Positions 51,200 to 64,000 of a DNA stretch of 64,000 nucleotides are shown one piece after another (position 1 is the first letter of the stretch; each line of letters starts with the position of its first letter). The notes beneath the pieces were generated by a model. It was not told where the DNA came from. It did no database searches and saw nothing but the letters and a program-made list of their open reading frames with translations. The translations under genes were made by a program, and so were the position numbers. Location of the stretch: assembly GCA_013265495.1 (NCBI GenBank), contig MU058221.1, positions 930,001 to 994,000 of the forward strand. The letters are read 5' to 3'. The DNA comes from Vicugna vicugna (taxonomy: Eukaryota).

Positions 51200-53350
51200 A
51201 ATCAATAAATATAATTCAACTGATTAATAGAGCATAATATTGAGTCCCACCCCTTAAGAGTGATTTAAAAATGGAAAGTGAAATAAAAGTAAACACAATG
51301 AGATTCACTCTAGAAAAAATATTATGAAAGAAGCAACTACAATGTGTTCCAGAAATGCAAATAACATTTCACATTAGAAAACCAAAATGTAATTCATAAA
51401 AATCAATAACTAAAAGGTGGGAAAAAAAGAACTCACAAAACGAGAAAAACAAAATGCCAAAATGTAATTTAGCCATACTTGATGCCCACCTTGATAAATG
51501 CATATTTATAAATGAGACTAGGTATGAAAAATGGGATAAAGAAATTTTTACCTAAAACAGATTATCTTGCCCACTGTTGTAAACACAGCACTGGGTCCTG
51601 TCTTAACAGCTACTAATGTAGGTATGCAATACATTTTTTGAATAAATAAGTGAATGAATAACTATAGTAATAAAATACACAAAACCACAGGAGACAGCCT
51701 GCATTAAACTCAGAAACAAACAAAAATATTCTATATCACCATAATTAAGTAACATTAGTCTAGAAGACTTAGCCAATGGAATATAGAAAAAAATTAAATA
51801 ATAGATGTAGCTATTAGAAAGTCAACACATTTTTTTGTTTACAAAATTATTTTTAAACTAGAAATTTTAAAGAAATTAACTTAATCTACTGAAATTAATG
51901 GATTTGTTCAAAATGTTGATAATAATTATGTATGCATATCCACACAAATGTTGTTATATACATATTAGAATCTTAATAATAAACAAATCAGGTCATGTTT
52001 ACAGGGGATGTAAGAAATAGATAATATAAATGAAGCTCTAAGCCTTTTTTATGCCATAAAATCAATAACTTTCCTTTTGACAACAAACAGATTTTAATCA
52101 TTTTCAAGTGAATTCATCAATCCACATAATCCAGTCAAAGTACTGTGTGTATGTGTGTAAGCATGTGTGTGTGTGTGTTCTGGAAAAGAAAAAAAAGAGA
52201 GAGAGAAAGACAAAGGAAGATGCAAAATTTTATTTCAAATTAAAATAGCAAAGAATAAACAAGAAAATTAAAACATGTATATGGAATTTAGCAGTAGGAA
52301 TAAAGACACACTTATAAAAAATTTAAAAATTAAACTATAACAATGTGAAAATGTGATTCTGATACAAGAACAGAAAGTGAACCCCCAGGAAAAATACAGA
52401 AAGCACAGAACTGATGTGGATGTATGAAAACTTCACATTAACATGGTAAAATACACTGGAAAAATCACAACTCTTGTGAGAAAAAACAAGGTAGATCTGT
52501 GTTTCACATGATTTATTAAAGGATGTTTTAGGTAGATTAAAGAAATGAATATGGAAATAAAATTATACATGGAATGATCGAAACATAGTAAATGTTTCCT
52601 TACCACAAGATGCGAAGGCCTTTCCAAAAAATAAAAGCAATGTGAAAGAACACGATGGGAACTAGTATTATTGTCAGTCCCATGGACTATTTATACACCA
52701 TCTTTCAAGATAAGAAATCCAGTAATACAAAAAATTCTACAGCACTAAAGCCAAGGATGTAAATATTAAACACTAAAATAAAAATCGTCAACTTGCTATA
52801 AAAGATAACAAATAATGCTGGTGTATATGTGGGAAAATAACTCATACAGTTCATGTGGTAACACAAATAGGTATATATTTTGGGGGGAGTTAAGTTTAAT
52901 GTTTCCATTCCCTTGGCTATGTATGTTTTCTTCTAGGAATCTAGATAAGGAAGTCATTGAAGAAATATTTATAACAGTGAGACAGAGCTTCATAATAGTT
53001 CAACAAAAAGGGAGCAGTAAGTAAAATATGATGTTAGGGACAGAATTTCAAAACATATTATTTTCCAAAGTGATTTTATTCATCACAAAATGTGAAATTT
53101 AAAGTAATCATATATATATATAAAGTCTGTGCACCCAGTTTTCAATGCTAAAATATTTTTATAAACCCTCATATATACATATCTGTGCATATTATAGATG
53201 TAAATGTAGCAGAATATGAAAATTATTATCTCTGTATGATATGCTTTTGATAATTGCTTTACTTCTTTTTTATAAATAATCTCATATTTGTAACATTTTC
53301 TAAACAATCATAATTAGAAAATAATCAAAAAATAAACAAAATATGTCAGG
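51200..53350 (+). mobile_element. Ancient degenerate L1 ORF2/3' remnants
   Basis: A-rich; AACATTAGTCTAGAAGACTTAGCCAATG and TTCTAGGAATCTA resemble L1 ORF2. Confidence 0.55.
52144..52178. repeat. Imperfect (TG)n
   Basis: Direct reading. Confidence 0.85.
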
Positions 53351-53899
53351 TTAATGCACAAAATTATACTCGTTCATATTTTAGAATAAGGTTATCTCTT
53401 TAGTTGTTTTCTGTCAATGGAATTGCAGCAGTCTGAAAACATCAATAAAATCATATATTTGCTTATGCAATTAATCACCATGTTCCATCAAATGTTCACT
53501 AAGAAAGGCAATGAGAAAGAGAATGGATGCGACCTCCTTTCTAGGGCAGTGCTCCTTGCCCGCTTCGTAGTGTGGGGAAGAACTGTACGCGTGGTCTGAC
53601 GGAAGATATTATGCCAAGATTACAGGGGAAAGGGCTGGAACATTGATTTAAAGTCAACTCTTATCCTCCAATCACTTGAGAGAGGGCTGACCATGAGTGG
53701 ACAGACAGCCAAAAAGATTAAGCACTGCAAAGGGTTAAAATTTTATATTTACAATTTCTATTCTCTTCTTTCAAGATTCAAGATTGGAATCTAGGCAGTG
53801 GTCCTCAAAAAAAATAAATCTGATGAGAATACTGCAGAGCAAATCCCAAGATGATAAAACTGATTGACAGCGGGGCAACAGGAGAGGGGAAAGAGATGG

Positions 53900-54548
53900 A
53901 GGAATGTCGGGTCAGGGTTAATGGCTCGGTCGTCACTCTTCACTGCAGCTCGGAATCTTAGTAGGAACAGCCTCCTCAACGGACATCCCTAAGTGCAGTG
54001 GGGACAATGAGATCCTAGGGTGACGCAGTCCTAGTGCCAAAGACAAGGTGGGCACGGCTACCACGCCTGACAGCAGAGTCAAAGCAGCATTCAGTGTAGT
54101 CTGATTCAAAGCAGATCATGACGCTGTCTGCTCAATGGTGGTGCCCTTAGGAGCCAGCACACGGGCAGTCCGCTAACCTCTGACCTGATCTGCGTAAGTG
54201 GAATCGTGCCAGGTCACGTGAACAGAAGTCTAACTTGAGTCATCTGACACATAACTACTAACCAAGGTGACCGTGCACCAGGGAAAGTGAAGTAACCAGA
54301 CTTCGGGCGGTTACTGGCCCTTGACCCTGAAGGGACCCTAATTCCTTCAGATGCGGAACATCACTGTGGTCCCCCCGGTCAGACAAGAGTCTCACGCAAT
54401 CAATGGAGTTTTAGCTCAGATCCATGTCACAGCGGGTCCAGTGGGTCTGGGACCCCATCATGTCACATTCGTGCGATTATTTCCCTAGCTCCAGAACGCA
54501 AAACTGGAAGAGACTTACTCATCGCCGAGCAGAATCTCCAATTTGGAA
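53900..54548 (+). mobile_element. ERVL internal fragment (gag end / protease)
   Basis: GGTGACCGTGCAC..GGGAAAG, CATCACTGTGGTCCCCC and ATCAATGGAGTTTTAGCTCAGATCC...GGTCCAGTGGGT (INGVLAQI...GPVG) match the recalled ERVL protease region. Confidence 0.8.
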
Positions 54549-55149
54549 TAATTCTGCCTCTCCAGTCACAAGGAAGACAATTCACTGTCTTCTCTAGCAA
54601 AGCTAACGCTCTTTTGTCTGTAGGCTGCTTGTGTCAAAAACCCCGCATCACTGGGGCCCTAATTGTACACACACAGTCATAGCGTGTACAATGATAAACT
54701 TACAAAGAAATGTATTTCATTTAAAATATATCAGGCAAAATAGGAGTTATATAATCACATATTTATGCAAAATAGAAGACCTCATCTTATATTTAACAAA
54801 AATAAGTACTTACTATATAGACATGAAAGCGTTATAAACGTGTGAGAAATAGTGGGTCTTCTAAAAATCACACATTAACTTAGTCATAAGAAATATTTTA
54901 CATGATATTTGAAGACTCCCATTTGGCATGCACAAACACTTTGGGGAAACTAAAAATGCCTCCGTTTGTTAAGAAAATGAACCAGAAGGCAATATCTGAT
55001 CAGACTGGAAACGTGCACGTTGCTTCCACAACCCATTTCTTCTTTAGCGTTAGCACTAATAAAAGAATTGCAAATGCTGCTCTCTTTGAAACAGGAATAA
55101 AACGTTCAGCCAAGGGAGCATTTTACAAGTCCGGGGTATTATTTAAGCA

Positions 55150-55565
55150 TTAGTGCGTCTGGTACCCAAACTAAATTACAGCTCAGACGAGGGACTGAAA
55201 GGCCAGGTTTATTACTCACTTCGGTAAAAACGTAACCACAACACTTGCCTCTACATCAGGGAGTGTTATAATCGTCATTGTAACTAATAGTAACAATGGA
55301 AATGGCACAGCCACATTGTATTTTGCATCTTCCAGCAGACAGTAGGGATTATGGCTAGTATTCATTCATATTTCACACCGAGGCTTTTTTATGAAAGAGT
55401 TCAGAGTGGTATCTGCATAGTAGCTCATTAATCATTTCAACAAGTTACTCGGGAAGTTATGATCCCAGCTCAATAGATGGAAAAATTGTATCACAGGAAG
55501 GTCAGATACATCTTTACTTGTCCAATACTACAGAAGTGAAGTGAGTCAGTTTCAAATCTCTGAGA
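55150..55565. mobile_element. Two MIR fragments in opposite orientation
   Basis: TAAATTACAGCTC...AGGGAGTGTTATAA (+) and GCTCATTAATCATTTCAACAA...ATAGATGGAAAAATTG (-). Confidence 0.45.
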
Positions 55566-58500
55566 CCTCTTTTCCAGCCCTTGATCCAACCACTGGACCA
55601 ATGCAGTTTTGGTCCATGTTGTGGTTTGACCATCAACCTAAGTCCTTTGAGGCTGACCTGTCTGCTGTAGCTTTTACAGACCTATAAACACAGAGGAAAA
55701 TAATTTTTCATCTGTGGAGACCATACGAAAAAAGACTTAGACAGAATTAATTGATATGTCTAGTATTTTTTTTTGTAAAAAATCTCATCAGGAATATTTA
55801 ACAATAGTTGACGTCAACTTAAAATTGTAAATATCAAATAATAGTGGAATGCACCGCGACCAAATTTATGCTGAAACAAACAAGCAATATTTTCAGGGCT
55901 TCATTTGAACATAAATGTATTTAACAGGCGTCAGTTATAACAAAACCAAAAAAACAACTTTTAATAATTCCCAGCACAGCAAATAATTCACTCTAGCAGA
56001 AAATGAAAGAAGCAATGTTTCAGTGAACGCGACTTGACGGAGGAAGGAGGAATGAAAAAGCAAGCACGGGATTTATACCCAAAGACTGTTTCTTGTTGGT
56101 TTTAATAAAATCAGTGTAATTTCAATGATTTATCTGATGATATTTAATTTTAAAAGAAAGCAACAAAACATCAGTCATTATCCTTTAAAATGAAAATACA
56201 CAGTGAGTATAAATTAAGTAGCACTGACTTTCCAAAGTTAAACAGTTTCAGGCATTTGCCCTCCTTGTATCATTTGCTGTTCTAAAATTAGGTGTCTTTT
56301 ATGCGTTTGATCTAACCTTTAAAATGACCCCAAAATTGAATCAATTCATTAACACTATCCATTCCTATTTTGGAATACCTTTGCTTACTGAGCTCCTAAA
56401 AAAAAGAGTGAGTTTTCTTAAACAAGCCCATATGGACCCATTTTAGTTTGTTTTAAATCTTCAGAGATACTGTAAAAACTAATAAGCTTTTTAGTTTTTA
56501 GGTTCAGTGAAATTTGAAGATCCACTGAAACAGTAGGTAAAAATGATAATTATATATTTGTTTAGGAAGTTTTGTTTCGATATTATAGTTACTCTTTCTT
56601 TACTTTAAAATTTTCTTTTAAAGTCAAAGTGATAAACATATTGACTGTACCTTACTTTTTCTACTAGAAGAATTTACATTTTTAAGAAAGTAAAATAAGA
56701 ATAAAAATATGACCTGTCTTGCTAGGTCTAGCAATTACATCTTCATCTCTAACTCTGACGTCTGAGTGATCAGTAAATACTGATATAAGACTGCAGTAAA
56801 GGAGAGGCTAGAACCTTCGAAGAGATGGTGTATGGGCATCCAAAAATTCAGAAAACCATAGTGTTACACTGAGGCAATGATAGAAGAACATAATATTATT
56901 TTGATGCCTGTAAATTTTTTTAATATCTCACCTAAATATTTATCTTTGAGGCAATTCATGTGAATTGGATAAAGCAAAGTACATCTATTTCAGTAGTTTA
57001 GAAATATTTATGTGGGATATACATTGTATATCATTGTACATGGTTATTTAAATGCAACTATATTTCAAAGTTACTTTCCTATTTATGTTTAAGAATACTA
57101 CTTGTATAATATTAAAATCAAAAAAATCTGATTTCCATGTACAAAAAAATAGTAAAATCATAACTTTATTTAGTTATGCAAATGTTTATTGTTTATCTGA
57201 TATCCAGGCACCAGCTTTTGTTCAATATTTTTCTTTTAGTCAATCTATTTATAATTTCTGGATAAGATTTTTCTGAATGTTTTAATATTCTCAGCATGAC
57301 TTTAACCTTTATTAATGACCTTTTATTAATGTGTATCCACTTTGATGTCATTTAATTACCTAGCCATATGTTTACAAGCATTATAACATGTACGATTTGA
57401 CTAAAAGTCAATCAGCTTACTTTCAAAGGATCTTAATTTCTCTTGACCATAAAAACATTGTTTTTTAAAGGAGTATAAATCATATCCTTTATACATATGG
57501 AGCCATTTCAAGCTTATTAAAAAGTCAGTGATTCTGATACCATAGAAAAATACCATGCTTTTTCTAAACCTTCCTTAACAGTTAAATTTTTAAAGTCTTA
57601 TGGAGTGCATGAGAAAAATACCCTCACAATTCCTCTTCCACTTTAAGAATATTGAGATTTTATTAAACTGACTCAATGAATGATAGCTCTTCTGGTACTA
57701 TAAAAAGCAATTTTAATTTTTAAAACATATTCAACATCTCTTTCATGCTTTTCACAGATCAAAAGACGTACTAATTTTTCCAAACTCCCAGTGTCTGCTG
57801 ATACACAGGTTGATACAGTTTCACTTTGATTTAGTGATTCACGAAACTCTAGAGACAGGAAAATTCTGAAGAGTCATCAAGTCCCCAGTGTTAATATTCT
57901 CGAGCAATTTCCAAAGCTTAAATCTATATATAAATGTAATTTCTTAGGACTACGATGATTAGATTCTATTGAATATAGAGAAAGCCACAAGAAAAAAAAA
58001 TTCTGGAATCATAGGAAGATTACTGGGGTGTATCGACAGCTATACATGCTGAGACCAGAGTCAGACTTCTCAACTTGGGATCTTAGAAAGCAACCAATTA
58101 TTAAAAGCCTGGCTCATGAGATGCTAATACAAGCTATTCTAGATAAAGGAATTAAACCCTTTATTATCAGTGTAAAATTTTTCCTAAATTAGCCACGTCA
58201 GTCCTTCCTGGCAGCTGTCACTCTTCACCGCTAATAGCTGAAGGTTCTAATAGAAATTCTATTCACAAATGGATTTTAATTGGATCAAATTTAGACAGTC
58301 TACATTTTAGATGTCATATTTCAAGTGCTTTCAAAGTAACTAGTTACTTGGGAGCATTTAAAAGGCACATAAATTTTTGCGTGTGTGCACGCACACTCAC
58401 ATATGTAGGTGCCTGTTACGTGTTTTGCCCTCAAACATAAAGAAACTGTACGGCTGCTCACCTGAGCATGCCAGTTTTTAGCAACTCAAGAAGCTCTTCC

Positions 58501-61419
58501 TTTTCTCATTAACAATCAACATAAATAGCTCAGCGTTTCCTTCCTATCCCATCTTGTTCTTGTAGTCCTAGGAACGACCACAAAAGTTTGCGAAGTGTAC
58601 TATTCCAGAAACGATTTGAGATGGGCTTTATTGTACTGGCTGAATAGGCTCATTCAGTGATGGGTCACAGAGAAATGAAGGCGCTATCATAAAGACACAC
58701 CAAAAATGCCAATGTGTAGTTCAAACTCTGGGTTTCTTTTAAAGAACATTAGACTCTCTAGCCATAAGATAACTTACAATTTTAGAGAAGATTAAACATT
58801 GATCTTAAGAAGGATTTTCTTGATTAACAAATTCCAGTAATCATGACCCAAGTTTTTGTCATTAATATTTCAAATGCTCCAAACGAACAAAAATTTTAAT
58901 GGAAATAGATTCACACTTTCCCTCTATCTCTGTACGCAAGCACACGCACATACTTACACACATACAGACTTGCACATACAAAGGCATAAATTTACTTTCT
59001 GTACATAGAAAAGCGTAGTTTCAATTGTAACACTTTACTAAGACACGGTAGTAGACAGCCACCAGAATTAACTTCGTTTTCTGTAGTTTTATATGAGTAA
59101 AGCGTAAATTAAACTGTCATACAGGGCCTGCTTCACTTAACCCTCTTTGAATATATTATGATTTTTAGGTCATGGAAGTTCATTCAGTATACTTCAAAAC
59201 GTCAATTTCTAACACGTAGAAAGAAGTTAATAACCCTCCTTATTCAGTAGTTTGGACTTGATCTAATACATTCAATAAATACTCAAATAAACGGTCAGAA
59301 ATGGTCCATCCCACCCACCGCACAGCAGTGAAGGAAGCAACGTAAGCCCCAGAGACAGCCAATAGATTTATATTTTACTTGATTCTAAAGAGTGTAACGA
59401 AAATGTTAAATGTTTGGAAAATATAGATATATACCTATAATGTCACCCACACACCTAGAGGCAGCCTTGCCAGCGTTTGAGGATCATTAAACGACATTTC
59501 AGTTACTTATCTTTTAAAACGCTCTGAATGGAGGGTCTCTTTTGAGATCACGTTCATTCATGTTCAGGTTTCACCAATTTCAATTTTCTTTTTAATTTAA
59601 AAGGCAAATTCGCAGCTCACTTCACAGAGTCTAATTTTATAAAGGCCTTTGCCAGTTTCATCTGAGAGACTCTACTCTAGAAGGATCCGATGTTCAGAAT
59701 TCTGTTCTGCGTAATCCTTCAGTAAAACTTCGGTGGGCTGCGTGACGCAACTTCATGGCTCCTGGGATAATGTGTACGAGGTAAAGCGACCTGAAGTTTC
59801 ACAACTGTTTTCAAATGTATTTGTCTCTCTTAGTGACACTTGTAGATAAAGCTGTGTCCTTTTGGTTTTAAGTTACCTCCTCTGAACAGGTACTGAGGGC
59901 AAATTAAATGATTTCAGTTCAACCAAGCACACTGATCTACTCAACGTCTGATGACCCAGATGTATCTATTGGCATTGTGCCATATATCATATTAATCGTT
60001 CATACCTGTCTACTCTACTCCTCTTTTATACCTAGAAGAGAGTTTCACTTCCTAAATTATTATAATATTCTCCGTCAGTCTATTAGCATGTAATGTGTGC
60101 AACTGGACTTTTAAAATTTAAAGACTTGTGAAGAATAGAGCCAAAATTATTTAACTTATAGATTGCATGCTCTCTATGTGTGGTGTCTCAGAGCCATCAT
60201 TCTAAGGAGGAATGTTAAAGGAAATAGGCAAAATGGATATTTTAACTATAATTAGATCATGATAACGGCAGGTAACGTCAACTGTATAGGTGGAATTTTC
60301 AACTTAATGCAATATCTTCCAAGGCACTATCTTAGGAAATTAGCATTTGGTGCTAAGCTTTCTAGTTAAATATTTATGGCTTTATTGGGTAGAGCTTGGT
60401 GTTTTGAATAAAAAATAAAAAACTACCTCACAAAAAGGTATTGTAAATATACCAGTCATTCTGCATTTTTTGAGGCTATTGATTTGTGAGGTTTGTCAAA
60501 ACACCACCAGACTAAAACTTAGCATATCTCTACTGTTCTAAAAATTCATAAACTTGGGTAAATCATTCTTCTCGCAGCTTCATTTTATAGAGAATTTGTT
60601 TTTTAAACAAGAGAAGTAAGGGAAAATTATGGTTTTTCATGACAATTTCTAAGAATCTGCCTTTCTTCATTTCTTATATCCATCTGTAACCGTAATACAG
60701 TGAACACACTGATAAAAGGGGGAGTGGCGGCCACGGTGTTTGTTTCTGTGCATTTGTGTTTCAAAACAAGTGCATGTTTATTTAAATGTAGCTTTATTGG
60801 ACCCCACACGCTCGAAAGTGGAGTCAATGACCGTAGATCGATCACCTACCATTTTCTACTTTTTAGGGCACGGACAGTTTGATCTCCTTCAGGAAGGTCT
60901 ACCAGTTTAACTCAATAGCTTCATTGTAACATTTAGTTAAACTGGTCATTGTTTAATTCTGTAACAGCACGTTCATCCCCAACAATGTCACAGCAATTCA
61001 TGGCCATAAACACCACTAAATAACACATATACTACACGTTCTTATCGAATGAAATATGTTTCTATTTTGTTCCTATCATGGTAATACTGAGGGTCCTTAA
61101 AGGATGATCTTTGTAATTTAAGATCTCTATAAAAGGTTTAGAACCATCATTCTCAAGTCCTAGCTCTTCACGAATCTTCTTTTTTGGTGATTCTTGTAAA
61201 CAAAAATCACCATTCTACTACAAACGCCAAGAGACAATGAATGACGGGAACTTATCTCTCTTTTTCTTTTTATGTTACTAGCCTTTAAAAGGATCTCAAA
61301 ATATAAGAAGACTCTAAAATAAAACAAGATGAACTTGTTTTACTGATATTCACGAATATTATATAAATGTCAGCCTGCAATTAAAACATCAAGCCTTGTT
61401 AGACTTTTATATAAAACCG

Positions 61420-61434
61420 TTTATTCTCTTTAAT
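61420..61434 (-). terminator. Candidate distal poly(A) signal of LRRTM4 short isoform (ATTAAA + AATAAA)
   Basis: The minus strand reads ATTAAAGAGAATAAA, followed by GU/U-rich GGCTTGATGTTTT. Confidence 0.45.
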
Positions 61435-62362
61435 TTGTAAAGGCATTTGCTTATACAGATTTCTTTTAGGGACTTATTATCTGGGATTGATTTTCTGATT
61501 TTCAACCATACATAAAAAAGAGAAAATGAACTTTGTGAAGAACAGCTCGCTGTTCCAAATTACACCGGGTTGGAGATTATTTAAAACTCAGTGCTTTTGT
61601 CTGAAAACGTTTTCACTAGCATCTGCATTTAGGATTATGGAAAGATGTGGGTAAATATTATCAAAAAGCAAATTATATTATTCAACTGTTACAACTGGTA
61701 TTAAAAAGGGCAACATCTTTAAATACTCATTAAAACTTTCTTTTGAAAAAGCAACATGTGAAACTGGGTACTAAGATGACACAGAGCCAGTGCTTGATCT
61801 GTCTTCACTAATTTATTCTACTAACAAGGCCTTGCCAGTCACAGTCTTGGCAGTTTTTGATCAACTTCACCAAGTAAAGAATGATCTGTATCCAGTGTTC
61901 CTTATGGATAAGGTGGAAATCTGTGACTACTTTTCTACTTATTCACATGTTCCTAGATGTGGTCTTGAAAATTAAACGATTAGACACTGACTCCAATCTT
62001 ATTCTCGTTAAAATGAAAATAGGATAGTATAGAAATGCCTTCATTTGAGGCGACTGTTACAGAAGGGAGATTACTCAGAACCCCAGTCTCTCTCTTTGCA
62101 TTTGTGAGTATCTGCATCGCTTGGTTTTGGACTAGTTTATCAGGAATGCACAGCATGTGTGTGTGGACGACAGCAGCACTGACACGCAGTCCCCGTCATG
62201 CCTGTCCTGTTACTGCTAACTAACCCACAACACCGTGACCTGGTTCAGTTCCCAGGGACGAAGCCAAAACACAAAGTGTAAGTTCCATTCTGAGCACACA
62301 CATACAGCCAGCACTCAGGAAAACCTTTGACAAGTGAGCTATGTCCAGTAATTAGATAAACA

Positions 62363-62456
62363 AGGAAAGGAGGAAGGAAGCAAAGGAAAGAAAGAAGGAA
62401 AAAGGAAGGAAGAAGGGAAGATGGAAGGGAAGGAAGGAAGGAAGGGAGGAAAAAAG
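62363..62456. repeat. (GGAA)n-like purine tract
   Basis: Direct reading; explains the low-complexity F/L/P/S ORFs here. Confidence 0.9.
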
Positions 62457-62846
62457 ACATCTTCGAAAGCCTTAATACAGTTGCACAGTAGGCCTGGCAT
62501 TCTCCGCGCTGGTATAATATCTAACTGGCACGTCACACGGAAACAGTTGTCCCTGTGAGACCCCTGTTGCATGCTTTAATTAAAACCAAAAATGTACAAC
62601 AAAATCAACCCTTGGGTAGATTGCTCTTTGGTTTAAATCTTCATTACCTCCTGGAATTTTGGTAAAACTCGCTTTGCTGTTAAATTAGGCTGGCCCCTCC
62701 TTCTTTACTCGGTTACAAAAGTCAGACAACAAGAATCAGGACATAAACTTTAGAATGAAAAGAGTTTCATTTGTGTGGATACGTGTTTGTTAAGTCCAAC
62801 CCCTGTATACAAACTGTTAAAAAAAACAGCTGTTTCAACATAATGC

Positions 62847-62852
62847 TTTATT
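62847..62852 (-). terminator. Candidate proximal poly(A) signal of LRRTM4 short isoform
   Basis: AATAAA on the minus strand about 240 nt after the stop, followed by CA and a U run. Confidence 0.4.
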
Positions 62853-63088
62853 CCAACTTAATCCCATCCTTGAATGAACTTCCTTCAAGTGTCAACCATT
62901 TAAGAAAGGAAAAAAAAAAAAGCAGTCAATTTTCTGGTGGTTGTAATTTAATTAGGTAACCTTTCACACTGAGCAAAACCCAAAAGCAAAGGGGTCGTTA
63001 ATCTTTCTAGCGACCAGACACCCCTCTAGCGCGTCAAGCATCTACCTCTCCTTCCCCGCGGCGGAAACGCTTTTAGGAGGATCACGGT

Positions 63089-64000
<912 letters not shown>

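Noticed and set aside
54662..54692. Hairpin ATTGTACAC...GTGTACAAT as a miRNA precursor
   Set aside because: The 9-bp stem is too short for a pre-miRNA and is plausible by chance.
1..63000. Alpha-catenin host-gene exon on the opposite strand
   Set aside because: LRRTM1-3 are nested in CTNNA genes, but mammalian LRRTM4 is not known to be, and no catenin-like ORF is visible.

Overview
Mammalian genomic DNA, most likely camelid (camel/alpaca/llama), judged from a Vic-1-like tRNA-derived SINE and camelid-type L1 3' ends. The only protein-coding sequence I can support is the 3' part of the large coding exon of LRRTM4 on the minus strand (64000->63089). It encodes the C-terminal LRRs, LRRCT, transmembrane helix and a cytoplasmic tail ending in the PDZ-binding motif ECEV. 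The stop overlaps a splice donor (GAG|GTATGA), so the rest of the window is the short-isoform 3' UTR followed by the very large intron of the long isoform. That intron is largely filled with transposon fossils: L1 of several ages, L2, MIR, Tigger1, MER82, MER33, MER20, MER58A, two solo LTRs and an ERVL fragment. Repeat family names come from my recollection of consensus sequences, and boundaries are approximate. I found no evidence of a new gene system. The most unusual signal is patchy, strongly A/T->G/C-biased divergence of old repeats. It includes a CpG island that appears to be built from an AT-rich L2 tail, and it may extend to LRRTM4 codons. This pattern is consistent with GC-biased gene conversion but is untested.
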